Source: an uncultured virus (IMG/VR IMGVR_UViG_3300025879_000018)
Lineage: Duplodnaviria > Heunggongvirae > Uroviricota > Caudoviricetes > Crassvirales
Strand: one strand, 5' to 3'
Length of the DNA: 64,000 nucleotides
IMG/VR virus record: IMGVR_UViG_3300025879_000018
A program made the position numbers and the translations under genes. This document shows positions 39,045 to 49,752 of this stretch, piece after piece. The first letter of the stretch is position 1, and the number at the start of each line of letters is the position of its first letter. The notes under the pieces are model-generated. The model did not search any database, had not been told where the DNA came from, and saw only the letters and a program-made list of their open reading frames with translations.

Positions 39045-40441
39045 TGTCAAGTCCTCTAGGAACAACAGTATTTCAAGTACCAAAGCTCGGTGAGACTGGT
39101 TTTAAGATTGACCAAGTAAACGAGCAAAAGCGTAAGCAAGCACAACAGCAGCTTCAAAAAGACATTGCTGGCACAGGCGCTGAAAAAGCGTATATGGATA
39201 ACGCTCAAGGTCTTACAGGTATTTACAAGCAAATTGCTGATGCAGAGTTCCAAGTGTTTCAACAAGCCGCCATTGAATATGAGAAAACAGGTTCAGCAGC
39301 TGCGGAAACAAAGATGAAGCAAGCTGCTTCTCAGTTAACTTATTCTGTTACTGCTGGTAGAACTATTTTAGATGGGGCTAGTAAAGAATACGTTAACAAT
39401 AAAGCTAATGGATTTAAGGATGTAGCTCTTTCGCCAGAAGAGGCTTCAGAGCTTTACAGCGGATTCACTAATAGAACAGGAGAGGTTATTGTAAAGAATG
39501 GTCAAGTTCTTGTTAAGGATGGCGATGGTTTTGTTCCAGCGACACAGTCTACATACCTACAGTCTTCTGTAAATCTAAACAACTCTTTGATTCTTCCTAG
39601 AGTCGTTAAGCAGGGTACATTTGTAGACCCAGAAGCTTTTATTAAAGACGTTGGTGGTGCTATCTCAGCAGGTTCTTCTGTTAAGAATGCGCAGTCAAGA
39701 GTTAACACACTCTTTGACGAGAAGATGAAAGACCCTAATTTCCAATCAGATATATTAACAGCATATGCTATATCAAAAGACGATGGTCTTGGTATGGTTG
39801 ATGACCCATCAAAGCTAAGCGCTGATAAATATAATGATATTCAGCAACTTGCTAGTAACGAGAAGATTGTTGCAGAGGCTGAGGCTTGGTATAGAGAAAG
39901 AGTTCTCAATTCTGTTCCTCCTAGATGGAAAGCTACAAGCTCTGGCGGTGGATTAAGCATTGGTGCAGGTACGTCAAAAGACTTAGAGTTTATAAAAGAT
40001 GAAACTGTTCAGTTTACCGCTATGTCTAAGAACGACAATGGTGACTGGGTGATTGACGAGAAGTCTACCGAAGACGTTAATTTTGAAGTATATAGCGGAT
40101 TCCAGAGTAACTTGCAAGGGAAGTCTTATACTGATGCTAAAAAGTTTAAGTACGATATCGTTGGTATTGGTATTAAAAATGGTAGAATCTACGCTGATAA
40201 ACAAGCTGTTGAAGACTCTGGATTCTGGTCTTTAGAATCTGGAAAACAATTTCAGAGAAAAGCAGAGAAAATGACTAGGTCAGAATTTTCGAGGCTACCT
40301 ACAGATACTAGAAATCTACTTAAAATGCAGTTTGGCGACGAGGCTCTTATGGGTATGCTTGTTGATGATAAGAAACAAGAGGAATCTAAAACCGAATCTA
40401 GCGGCAACTCAGACTTTGACCCTAACAACTACACCAAGTAA
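39044..40441 (+). CDS. putative ejection/internal virion protein
   Basis: TAATG-coupled helical protein between the nozzle and the giant protein. Confidence 0.55.
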   Translation: MSSPLGTTVFQVPKLGETGFKIDQVNEQKRKQAQQQLQKDIAGTGAEKAYMDNAQGLTGIYKQIADAEFQVFQQAAIEYEKTGSAAAETKMKQAASQLTYSVTAGRTILDGASKEYVNNKANGFKDVALSPEEASELYSGFTNRTGEVIVKNGQVLVKDGDGFVPATQSTYLQSSVNLNNSLILPRVVKQGTFVDPEAFIKDVGGAISAGSSVKNAQSRVNTLFDEKMKDPNFQSDILTAYAISKDDGLGMVDDPSKLSADKYNDIQQLASNEKIVAEAEAWYRERVLNSVPPRWKATSSGGGLSIGAGTSKDLEFIKDETVQFTAMSKNDNGDWVIDEKSTEDVNFEVYSGFQSNLQGKSYTDAKKFKYDIVGIGIKNGRIYADKQAVEDSGFWSLESGKQFQRKAEKMTRSEFSRLPTDTRNLLKMQFGDEALMGMLVDDKKQEESKTESSGNSDFDPNNYTK

Positions 40442-40482
40442 TTCCTTATCTTTGTATCATTCACAAATAACTGATACTCAGT

Positions 40483-43400
40483 ATGAATGAGGAATATCTA
40501 AAAGGTCTTCACAGTCATCTAGGAATTAAAGATGATTACGAAACTTGGCTCAGCGCTGTTAAGGATAATGAGGAATATCTAAAAGGTCTTCACGGACACT
40601 TGGGAGTCAAGGATGATTACGATACTTGGCATACTGCTGTATTAGGTAAAAAAAAAGATTCTACGGAATCAGTATCCACTGGAGAGGAAGAGCCTACACC
40701 TACGGATTCAAAGTCTGACACATCTACTCCAGCTTCTGAAGTACCAGTTCCTACCACCATACTTGAGGGTATGGAGAGGTTTAAAGAAACTGGCAAAGCA
40801 GTAGAAGAACCAGCGCTAGGCAGTAAAGAGGCAGAGAAGCCTAAAGAAAAAGTAGAGGGCAGTTCTGTCCTTGTGGAATCTTTGTTCACTGAAGAATCAG
40901 CTAAATACAGAGAGGCTCAAGATGCCTTAATAGAATACGATAAGCTTTTTAAAGAAAAAGAAACTAAAGGATTAGGATTCGGTGGCACAGGTAAAACTTT
41001 CAAGTTTACTGACGCTGAAGATATGACTGAAGAAGAGCTTGAATACGAAAAGAAACAAGCCGTTAGAAAAGCTGGTGAGGCTTTGGGTATGGATTTCTTT
41101 GACAAAGACTACGAAGAAGTCAAGAGAATAGTTAACGGTGGAAAGTCTTATGCTGAACAAGTATTGTCTGAAAACACACTAGAGAAGGCTAAAGAAGCTG
41201 AGCTGAAAGACCCTACAATGTTAGGTTTAACCAGAACAGCTTTCTGGGATTCGTTTGTTGATAAACCTGTAAAAGAAATAGGAATTCGTATTGCTGCTGC
41301 CAGAGACGATTATCAAGAAGTTGAAAGATTACAGCAGGAAATTAATGAGCGTGCAAATAGAACTCAATTATCCTTGGGTATTGACCCTACAGACGAAAGA
41401 GGAATCACAGAAACTTTTGAGGATGGTGATGTAGGAGATGCTATATACAAAGGCTTGTATGGAGCGGCAAATTCAGCTGGTGGTTTAATGCTTACTATTG
41501 CTGCGCCAAATGTGGGTATTGCTTACTTCGGTACTACATCTTATGCATCAACTTACAATTCATACATAGATAGAGGAGACCTTACTTGGGAGCAAAAAGA
41601 AAGCTTGGCTTTGATAGCAGGTGCTACAGAGGTTGCTGTCGGTAAATTTATGGGTGGTCTGAATAACGTCAAGCGTTTTAGAAATGCTGTTGGTATTGGT
41701 GACGACATCGGTAAAGCAACAATGCAACAACAGAGAGCAGCTTACACCAAAGCTATGGACTTCCTTGAGCCATACGGTAAGAAGTTCACTGATGTTATGC
41801 GTAGTCCTGCGGTTCGTGGTGTAACAAGCACAGCTTATGATACTGCATCAGAAGCCATTGAAGAGGGAGTCGTTGAATTGATTAATCAAACAGCTGCTCA
41901 CATTATTGCTAATGACGAATACGATGCTTACGCTGTTTATGACTCTATGATTCTAGGTGCTGCTATGGGCGCACCTATGGGGTCAGTTACAGGTTTCAAT
42001 AACTACAGAGCTATCAACTCTATATACAAGAAGCCATTGGCTGAAGATATGGAGAAATACGAGGGACTTCAAGCGCAGTACAAAGACTTGAAGCAGGCTA
42101 TGAAAGAAGAGTCTGACCCTCAGAAGAAATCAATCATTAGAGAATACGCTCAAGAGACTAGAAAAGAAATTAGAGATATTCTCAACAAAGCAAATGAATC
42201 ATACAACAAGCTTAATGATAAAGAAGCTATTGAGCTTTACAATCTAAACAAGCAAGTTGACGTTCTTTCAAGACAAGCGAAGGAAGCTAAAGACCCTGCT
42301 GTAAAGAAAGTTATTGGCAACAAGATTGCTGGAGCTTTGATTAAGAAAGGTGAACTTGAAGCTAAAGCTGGAATCAAGCCTTCCACAGAGACAATTACTG
42401 AACCAACAGGAGCAACAGAAACAGCATTTACTCCATCTGGAGACACAAGTAGAGAGGGTGACTTCCAAGAAATTAAGGCTGCTCAAGAACAAGCTGTTAA
42501 AGATGCTAGCGAAAGACTATCAGAAGATAGTACTCCTAAACAGATTCTTAACAAGAGAGGAAGATATATGAATAAAGCAGACAACACCTTTGTAGAGGGC
42601 GTTGTCGCTAAGGATGGTCAGACTCTTGTTATTGAGACGGATGAGGGTAACATCATTGAGATAGGTAACTACAATGAGCTAGAGAATACTCCTTTAAGAG
42701 ATATAGGTCTAGACGATGCTAAACCTGTTATCTCTGCGAATGCAGACGGTAGCTTCACTTATAATAGTGTAGCAGGGGCTGCTCCTCAAGGAACTAATAT
42801 GATTCCTTCTAAGGAGAATCTAAAGTCTATAAAGAGAGATAAGAACGGCAACATCAAGCGTGTTGTTATGAAATCTCCAGATGGGTCTAAGACATATAAC
42901 CTTACAGGTCAAGACGCTCAAGACGTAGCGTACCAGATGTATCTAAAAGAGATGCAAACAGAGGAAGGTATTAATAAGATAGAATCTGAATTCGAACAAG
43001 ATGAAGAAGCAAGAAGAATCCTTGAAGCCGCAGAAAGAGCAAACCAGCCTAGTAAAAAGACTGATGAAGCTACCGAAGGAGAAGCAGTTAGAGATACTGA
43101 CAAGGCTGATGAAAAACAGTCTGGAAGAGGAGTAGACCAACCAAGAGTTGAGGCTATTGGAATGAAGCTCAAGCCAAATGAGTTTAAATTCCTAGACAGA
43201 GTTACTAAGGTACTTGCTTATGCTGTGCCTAATGTGAGAGTTGTAGTACACAAGTCTAGAGACTCTTATAATGAAACTTATGAAGGTGCTGCTCGAAGTA
43301 ATGGTCATTATAACCCGAACACTAAAACTATACACTTCTTAGCTGAAGATGGAAATATACTCTCTAAGTCTAACAAGAACTTGGTTAGACACGAGGCTAT

Positions 43401-46400
43401 ACATCCTATTGTTGATGCTGTTTTACAACACTCACCAGAAGCTGCCGCAAGAGCCGCAAGAAGCGTTAGAGCTATTCTAAAAAGAATGGGCGATAACGCT
43501 AACGCTCAGTCCGTATTGAGACACGAGGCTAAATACAACGGAAAAGAACAAGAGGTAAAAGACATAGAACTAGTAACGGAATTCTTTGCTACGTTCAGTG
43601 ACTCAACAGCAATTGAAGAAGCTAAGAAGTCTGAACCTAAATTCCTAGAGCGCGTAGGAGACCTCCTAACGAGGATTATGAGAACAGTTGGACTGTTCGA
43701 TGGTAAAACCAAATTAGAGTCTGAGAAAGAGATTAGAAACCTTATGGGGGAGCTTGAGTTTGCATTCGCAACAGGCAAGACTGTAAGAACTTACAGGCAC
43801 AGGAATATTGGAGATGCTAAGAAAGCTCAGATAAGAGAAAGTATATCTAATATTGGAAACCCTCCTTACAGACCTTCTAAAGGTGCTGACATTGAATCGG
43901 TACTCAAGGGATGGAAAGAGTCTGGTAGTAATTTCATTGTTGCTAAAGACCTAGAACACAGCTTTGAACTTAGAAGAATGGGATTTCACGAATCCCACCA
44001 ATCTAAGAACGGTGAGATTGTACTTGGGAAGGGTGTTAAATACGAAACCTATGACGCTGCAAATAATGTAGCTAAGATTCATCCTAAGTCTTTTATCTCT
44101 AAAGATTCTATCACAGGCTCTAAAGAGAAGAAAGTGGCTGAAACACTTTCTGCATTTGGTAAATTTATAAAGGCTGACGTTAAGTTTATAGATAGAAAAG
44201 ACTTGCCGTTTACCTCTACTCTTATTGTACCAGATAGCGAAAACGGACTAAAAGAGCTTACGCCTGTAGTAAACTTAGCTTATGCTAACGCTAGAACTGG
44301 AGCTTCTGGGTTCTCGTCATTTATAGTCGAGGCTGTTAGAAGAGCCTCTCCTGTTACTATCAACGAAGTGTTGATGGAGATGGAGAGTAAATCTCCAGAG
44401 ATGCACTCTATATTCAAGATGTATCAGAACTCTTATGCCGAACTTGAGTTATCGCCTTCTAGAGATTTAGCTAAAGAAGATATAGAGTTTGTTGCTTTCG
44501 GCAGACTACTACAAGAGTCTATTGACCGTGTACTTACTGGAGCTATAGACGGAAACTACGCTCAGTTTGCTCAAGATATGCAAAAAGCTTTCTCTGATGT
44601 TGTGTCGGAAAAAGGAACTCAGCCTTCAGCTAAAAACAGCAAGAATGAGTTTTATGTAGATATTATGCCATTCGGTGAGGACTTTGTTCCAGCGCTAAAA
44701 TCTATGTTTGTTGATAAGAAGATTGAGTTCCAAGAGTCTCTAAAAAGAGGGAAGGATTTAGCAAAAGACATCATAGATAGGTTTGCGGACATACTTGGAA
44801 ATAGAGCGAATCAAGATGCTGTAAATGAAAAGAAAGCTCTTGATATGATTATTGCTATTGAAGCAGAAAGGTTAAACATTCTTGACTGGATTGCCATTCA
44901 TACGCAGGGTGAGTTTGAACACCCTGCAATGCAAATGATTATAAATGGTCAAGGCTTGCCTTCTATACACGAAAACTACGAATATGTAGCTGATGAATTA
45001 GGAGGATTCTATGTATCTCTGCATAATGTAATATCAGACCCATCTTCATTAAGAACTATTGAGAAAGCATATTTTAACGAGGGTGTTAAGCTAAGTGAAG
45101 ACCAAGAAATAGTTCTTGATGTAATAAAGAATTACTCGGCTCAAGTGTCTGATGGTTTCAGAAAAACTCTTTTTGATACAGATAACAAGGTATTCAAGCC
45201 AATGGTTATGAATTTCTTATCTGATGTTTCATCTGGTTTAAATTTCCAAGAAGTAGCTATTGCACTTGGAATTGATTCTGCCATAGTTTCTACGAGTAAA
45301 GAAAGTGACGGAGCGATGGAATTAATTAGAGAGGCTTCGTTCAAAGCACTTGGAGGTAGCCGAGAGGGTTTAGCTTCCAATATTTCATTCTTCTTAGAAA
45401 ATAATGTATTCGAAAAAGTAGTTGATGCACTTCCTGCTCTTATAGATATGATTCCTGTAGTGGATTCAGATATAAGTGGAAAAGTAAGAAATATGTCTAA
45501 CCCTGTGGAAGCACTGAATGTTGTTACAAAGGAAGCAGGGTGGATTAAAGCGAACGAAGCATTCAGAAAAAGAATACCGTACAAGGAACTAAAGAGTAAG
45601 ATAGAAAGTATACATCCTAAAGGTCTTCCAGAAGGACTTGATATACTTATGAATGAATCCACTGTGCTTGAAATATCTGTAAATATGGATTCTAATGGAT
45701 TATTAGAAGTTGCATATGGATTCGAGTATAAAGCGAATGGAGGCATTCAAGAATATGCAGATTATCCAAACAACTGGCGCATAGGCAATATAACTATGCC
45801 TTTAGTATTTGACGCTGTGGCTGAGGTATCTGGAATAACAAATGCTAAAGGAATTACGTTCAGAGCAGTAGAAAATGCCGCAAGTAAAAATATTCCAGAG
45901 AAACACTACCCTACATCTCAATTAGAAAGTCTCAAGTCAAGAAAACAGCTTAGACATAAACGTAGAGGTCTCAACAATCTTGCTGCTTTCAGTAAAGGTA
46001 AAATTGTAAACGCAAGAAAAGGTAGAGAGGTTGCTTTTTATTTTGAAGATGGAGACAACGATAACGTAGTTTATATCACGAAAGATGAAAGAATATTAAG
46101 TATTGCAAGTACACTTTTAGACCTTGAAGGCAGAAGTGGAACTCCAGTAGCTGAACTTCTAGGTAGAAAGATACAAGAAAACAGAGAGGTATTCAAGCTG
46201 TTTAAGGATGGTGAGATTAAAGTTAAAGAGAAATCTTTCTCAAAAGAAGGCGCTTATATGCGAAGCGTTTGGAACGAGGCTGATAAGATTAACTCTATAT
46301 CTTATGTATTTGAAAATGCAGAAACGATAGAGAACACAGGTGTCTTGTCTTCTACATTTGAAAACAGCCAGAAGTATGTTTCTCCTGCCGTGATTAGAGA

Positions 46401-49400
46401 ATCACTTGCAGAAGGAGTTACTGGTGAGGAAGCTCTTGATGCTGTTGACAATATGTTTGCCGCTTCCGAGCAGCACATCATTGACGCTTCTAAAAGTAAA
46501 AAGTGGAACTGGAAGTATATCACTTCTAGAAAAGCTTGGGTAGACAGAAACGCAGCTCTTAAAAAGGCTATGGCTAATGGATTCTCTCAGTATATCTCTG
46601 CGTTAAACGTGAATCGTGCTGGAGCTACTTCTTACGCAGATAGAAGATTCCGTAAAGTAAGCAAGGAGATTTACGGAAAGATTACTAATTCAGAAAGAGA
46701 GTATTTAGACCAATACATCTTTATGAGACGTGTTATTGATATTGATAACACTTGGATTGAACGTAAAGCTGTTTACACTTCTAGACTTGAGTTAGAGATT
46801 AGTCAGATAGAATACTACGAAAGAGAATTAGCCGCTGCTAAAGAAGCTGGAGATAAGGCATTGATAAAAGAAATCGAGGCTGACATTAAAGAATCTAAAG
46901 GCAAGGTTAAATACTTTGAGTCTCAAGTACAGAAATACGCAGAGACTCCTGCTCACCCAACTTATGGTGATGTAGAGATGAACAAGGATGCTGCTCAGAA
47001 AGCTTTAGATAAACTTGCTGCTAAAATTCCATCTGAAACTATGGCTCTTATCGAGGAAAGAGCTGATAAGTATTTTGACACGTACAAGCAGTTACTTCAA
47101 GAACAGTACGAAGAAGGGTTGATTGACCTAGAAACAAGAGACAGGTTCATTAACAACGATTACTCTCCAAGACAATTCTTGTCTAAGATGTTTGGAAATG
47201 TAGATGACGTTGTGTTCCAGCAGGCTGGAGGTCTGAATCAACCTCAGATTCAGTCCATAAGAAGTGGTGCAGACACAGGTATCTTTACAGATACTGAGTA
47301 TATGCTTGACTTAAGCTTTAGAGCTTTGGAAAACAAAAAGGCTAAGAACAAGCTATTCAAGGAAATGCACAAAGAGGCTAAAAGAAAAGGCTTTGAAAAC
47401 ATCGCTTCTGGACAGTTTATTCGTGAGGGTAACGCTAAAAAAGACAAGAGCGGAAAGATTAAGCTCGATGGATTCGGAAATCAAGTACTGGAAGCTGCTG
47501 ACAAGAACTTTGTTAATGTGTATTATAGAGAAGGTGGTAAGCTACGTGGATTCCAGATTCATAAAGACTACCATTCTCAGCTTATAGGTATTAAAACCTA
47601 TATGCTTCCTCCTAGAGTTAGGAATGTGATTAGATGGGTGTCTGGTACGCAGATTGTAAAAGCGACAGCTACAGCACTTAACCCATTCTTTGCTATTACA
47701 GGTACACTTCGTGGATTCCGAGAGGTGACCAGAGGTCGGGGTATTTATGACAAATACAGATTCCTGCCGTTGATGAACGCTATGGTGTTTGTTGATTTTG
47801 TTAAATCTAGTAAGGATGCTGTATTGAATACAGACTTGGTAGAAGAGTATTACAAGTACGGTGGCGGTATGTCTTTTATGACTACTCAAGGAAAGCCAGA
47901 CAAACTTTATCAAAAGAAAAGAAAGTTTGGTATAGACTTCCTTCAAAGAAGAGGCATAAGCTTAAATCCATTTAATGCATTGGCTTTTGCTGGTGAGAAA
48001 GCAGAGCTTGCACTGCGATTAGCTATCTATCAGAGAACTAAGCAAAATCTGCAAGAATCGATGCCAGATGCTACTCAAGATGAGATTAATTCTATTGCAG
48101 CTTCAGAGGCAAGATTGATTGCAGACTTTGCTCAAGGTGGTGAGCTTTCTTCTGAGCTAGACGTATTTAAGCCATACTTAAACGCTTCTATTCAAGGTAC
48201 TAGAGCTTCTTATGATTATATGAGAAAAAATCCTTATAAGTTCTTCGAGAAGCAAACGCAAGCTTATGTATTAAACACAGCTCTAGCTATGTTTGCTAGA
48301 ATGATGTTATGGGATGATGAAGAAGATAAAGACTGGTACGGAAACATATCTCCTTGGATTCTAGAGAGATACAATGTCATACCAACTGGTTTAAAAAACA
48401 GCCTAGGAGAACCTATTACTATTAGAATTCCAAAGGTTCACCAGTTCTTGATGTTTGATTCTTTATCAGAGATTACTGCAAAGAACCTTACATACGTTAT
48501 GAAGGATAAGGAAGCTCCGAAAGATGACTTGAATCCAGACGGTGATGCTTGGTTCTTCTTAGAGTCTCTTACAGCTTCATTCCCAGCTGGAGAATTCATT
48601 CCTGTTTCAGACATAAGAAAAGGTAGAAATGTAGTAACGGCTATTGGTCAAAGAATGTTTGGCGCTATCCCTATAGCAGGGGCGTTAACTGCTTATAAAG
48701 GAAACTATGATTTGTTTAGAGATAAGATAATCTCTTATACTAAAGACGAGGTTATGCCTTATGCTGAAGGATACAAGGACAAGAATGTACACGACATATA
48801 CAAGTTCTTTGGTGAAATCACAGCTGGATTAGGAAGAGGTTCTATCTCTCCTTCAAGAGCTGAGGTTGCTGTAGAAAAGATTATTGGTTCAGAGTCAACG
48901 CTATTAACAGCATTACTGTATCAACTTACAGATAAGTTTATTACTCTTAAGGAAGAGAAACAGGGGATTACGCCAGAAAAAGCTAATAAGGAATTTAAAA
49001 ACCTGTTTGGTTTTGGTAAGTCTTTCTTGTACACCATTCCTAAGGATGCTTATAAAGAGAAGTCTGACATAGAAGAGTTAATCAATATGGAGGCTATGAC
49101 CACTCACTACAAGATTAAGAAAGACATTAGACTTGCAGCTGAGAAGTATACTCTTGACGAGCTTAGAGTTATGGGAGAATCGGGTAAACTTCCTAAAGAA
49201 GTTACCGAATTCATTAATTCTATAGATGAACCTATGCCTGTCAAGAAGTATTATTTAAAGTACTTTAAAAACGTAGCTATGGGCAATGCTGTTGATGACG
49301 ATTCTTATTTCCATATCAAGAATGCTAAAACACCAAAAGCAGAGATGGAATTATTCTTTCATTACTTCGGAGACCCATCTGAATTAACTAGAGATGAAAA

Positions 49401-49488
49401 AGTAGAGATTCAACAGAATCTACAATTGATAGGATATCAGTTTAGCGAACAGACTAAATCTTACTATCCGAAAATGAAACAAAATTAA
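40483..49488 (+). CDS. giant polyvalent internal virion protein (zincin-like HExxH domain; LPD38-like C-terminus)
   Basis: 3001 aa; RHEAIH..ELVTE; ADFAQGG..PYLNASIQG; TATCTTTG at 40447. Confidence 0.7.
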   Translation: MNEEYLKGLHSHLGIKDDYETWLSAVKDNEEYLKGLHGHLGVKDDYDTWHTAVLGKKKDSTESVSTGEEEPTPTDSKSDTSTPASEVPVPTTILEGMERFKETGKAVEEPALGSKEAEKPKEKVEGSSVLVESLFTEESAKYREAQDALIEYDKLFKEKETKGLGFGGTGKTFKFTDAEDMTEEELEYEKKQAVRKAGEALGMDFFDKDYEEVKRIVNGGKSYAEQVLSENTLEKAKEAELKDPTMLGLTRTAFWDSFVDKPVKEIGIRIAAARDDYQEVERLQQEINERANRTQLSLGIDPTDERGITETFEDGDVGDAIYKGLYGAANSAGGLMLTIAAPNVGIAYFGTTSYASTYNSYIDRGDLTWEQKESLALIAGATEVAVGKFMGGLNNVKRFRNAVGIGDDIGKATMQQQRAAYTKAMDFLEPYGKKFTDVMRSPAVRGVTSTAYDTASEAIEEGVVELINQTAAHIIANDEYDAYAVYDSMILGAAMGAPMGSVTGFNNYRAINSIYKKPLAEDMEKYEGLQAQYKDLKQAMKEESDPQKKSIIREYAQETRKEIRDILNKANESYNKLNDKEAIELYNLNKQVDVLSRQAKEAKDPAVKKVIGNKIAGALIKKGELEAKAGIKPSTETITEPTGATETAFTPSGDTSREGDFQEIKAAQEQAVKDASERLSEDSTPKQILNKRGRYMNKADNTFVEGVVAKDGQTLVIETDEGNIIEIGNYNELENTPLRDIGLDDAKPVISANADGSFTYNSVAGAAPQGTNMIPSKENLKSIKRDKNGNIKRVVMKSPDGSKTYNLTGQDAQDVAYQMYLKEMQTEEGINKIESEFEQDEEARRILEAAERANQPSKKTDEATEGEAVRDTDKADEKQSGRGVDQPRVEAIGMKLKPNEFKFLDRVTKVLAYAVPNVRVVVHKSRDSYNETYEGAARSNGHYNPNTKTIHFLAEDGNILSKSNKNLVRHEAIHPIVDAVLQHSPEAAARAARSVRAILKRMGDNANAQSVLRHEAKYNGKEQEVKDIELVTEFFATFSDSTAIEEAKKSEPKFLERVGDLLTRIMRTVGLFDGKTKLESEKEIRNLMGELEFAFATGKTVRTYRHRNIGDAKKAQIRESISNIGNPPYRPSKGADIESVLKGWKESGSNFIVAKDLEHSFELRRMGFHESHQSKNGEIVLGKGVKYETYDAANNVAKIHPKSFISKDSITGSKEKKVAETLSAFGKFIKADVKFIDRKDLPFTSTLIVPDSENGLKELTPVVNLAYANARTGASGFSSFIVEAVRRASPVTINEVLMEMESKSPEMHSIFKMYQNSYAELELSPSRDLAKEDIEFVAFGRLLQESIDRVLTGAIDGNYAQFAQDMQKAFSDVVSEKGTQPSAKNSKNEFYVDIMPFGEDFVPALKSMFVDKKIEFQESLKRGKDLAKDIIDRFADILGNRANQDAVNEKKALDMIIAIEAERLNILDWIAIHTQGEFEHPAMQMIINGQGLPSIHENYEYVADELGGFYVSLHNVISDPSSLRTIEKAYFNEGVKLSEDQEIVLDVIKNYSAQVSDGFRKTLFDTDNKVFKPMVMNFLSDVSSGLNFQEVAIALGIDSAIVSTSKESDGAMELIREASFKALGGSREGLASNISFFLENNVFEKVVDALPALIDMIPVVDSDISGKVRNMSNPVEALNVVTKEAGWIKANEAFRKRIPYKELKSKIESIHPKGLPEGLDILMNESTVLEISVNMDSNGLLEVAYGFEYKANGGIQEYADYPNNWRIGNITMPLVFDAVAEVSGITNAKGITFRAVENAASKNIPEKHYPTSQLESLKSRKQLRHKRRGLNNLAAFSKGKIVNARKGREVAFYFEDGDNDNVVYITKDERILSIASTLLDLEGRSGTPVAELLGRKIQENREVFKLFKDGEIKVKEKSFSKEGAYMRSVWNEADKINSISYVFENAETIENTGVLSSTFENSQKYVSPAVIRESLAEGVTGEEALDAVDNMFAASEQHIIDASKSKKWNWKYITSRKAWVDRNAALKKAMANGFSQYISALNVNRAGATSYADRRFRKVSKEIYGKITNSEREYLDQYIFMRRVIDIDNTWIERKAVYTSRLELEISQIEYYERELAAAKEAGDKALIKEIEADIKESKGKVKYFESQVQKYAETPAHPTYGDVEMNKDAAQKALDKLAAKIPSETMALIEERADKYFDTYKQLLQEQYEEGLIDLETRDRFINNDYSPRQFLSKMFGNVDDVVFQQAGGLNQPQIQSIRSGADTGIFTDTEYMLDLSFRALENKKAKNKLFKEMHKEAKRKGFENIASGQFIREGNAKKDKSGKIKLDGFGNQVLEAADKNFVNVYYREGGKLRGFQIHKDYHSQLIGIKTYMLPPRVRNVIRWVSGTQIVKATATALNPFFAITGTLRGFREVTRGRGIYDKYRFLPLMNAMVFVDFVKSSKDAVLNTDLVEEYYKYGGGMSFMTTQGKPDKLYQKKRKFGIDFLQRRGISLNPFNALAFAGEKAELALRLAIYQRTKQNLQESMPDATQDEINSIAASEARLIADFAQGGELSSELDVFKPYLNASIQGTRASYDYMRKNPYKFFEKQTQAYVLNTALAMFARMMLWDDEEDKDWYGNISPWILERYNVIPTGLKNSLGEPITIRIPKVHQFLMFDSLSEITAKNLTYVMKDKEAPKDDLNPDGDAWFFLESLTASFPAGEFIPVSDIRKGRNVVTAIGQRMFGAIPIAGALTAYKGNYDLFRDKIISYTKDEVMPYAEGYKDKNVHDIYKFFGEITAGLGRGSISPSRAEVAVEKIIGSESTLLTALLYQLTDKFITLKEEKQGITPEKANKEFKNLFGFGKSFLYTIPKDAYKEKSDIEELINMEAMTTHYKIKKDIRLAAEKYTLDELRVMGESGKLPKEVTEFINSIDEPMPVKKYYLKYFKNVAMGNAVDDDSYFHIKNAKTPKAEMELFFHYFGDPSELTRDEKVEIQQNLQLIGYQFSEQTKSYYPKMKQN
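40486..40630 (+). repeat. 81-bp-period tandem repeat at the start of the giant gene
   Basis: aatgaggaatatctaaaaggtcttcac at 40486 and 40567 (NEEYLKGLHxHLGxKDDYxTW twice). Confidence 0.9.
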
Positions 49489-49506
49489 ATTTAATCATAT
49501 AATACT

Positions 49507-49752
49507 ATGAAGAAACTTAAAACAATGATTATGGGATTCGGAGAAATCTTTAAGAATGACAACGCATACAATGAGAAAACCGTTATTGGTTTTCTCTCAT
49601 TTGCAGTAATGGTATTAGTGATGATTGCTGATGTAGTCAGTGGCGCTATGGGTAAAGACTTAGTGATTAATGAATTTACTTACAATTCTTTTGTAATAGT
49701 GACTCTTGGTAGTTTTGGTATCGCAGGTCTGGAGAAATTCGCTAAGAAATGA
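49507..49752 (+). CDS. putative holin
   Basis: Two TM segments and a basic C-terminus; directly upstream of the endolysin candidate. Confidence 0.65.
   Translation: MKKLKTMIMGFGEIFKNDNAYNEKTVIGFLSFAVMVLVMIADVVSGAMGKDLVINEFTYNSFVIVTLGSFGIAGLEKFAKK

Noticed and set aside
46040..46065. DGDND as an RNA polymerase DxDxD motif in the giant protein
   Set aside because: It lacks the aromatic DFD(I/G)D context and is likely chance in an acidic loop
9393..47946. Many antisense or alternate-frame ORFs of 60-200 aa inside structural genes (e.g. 45141-45746)
   Set aside because: Shadow ORFs of real genes with no recognisable motifs or start signals
9417..49488. Stop-codon reassignment as in some crAss-like phages
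   Set aside because: All large genes are intact and densely packed under the standard code; the only tRNA is Arg, not a suppressor
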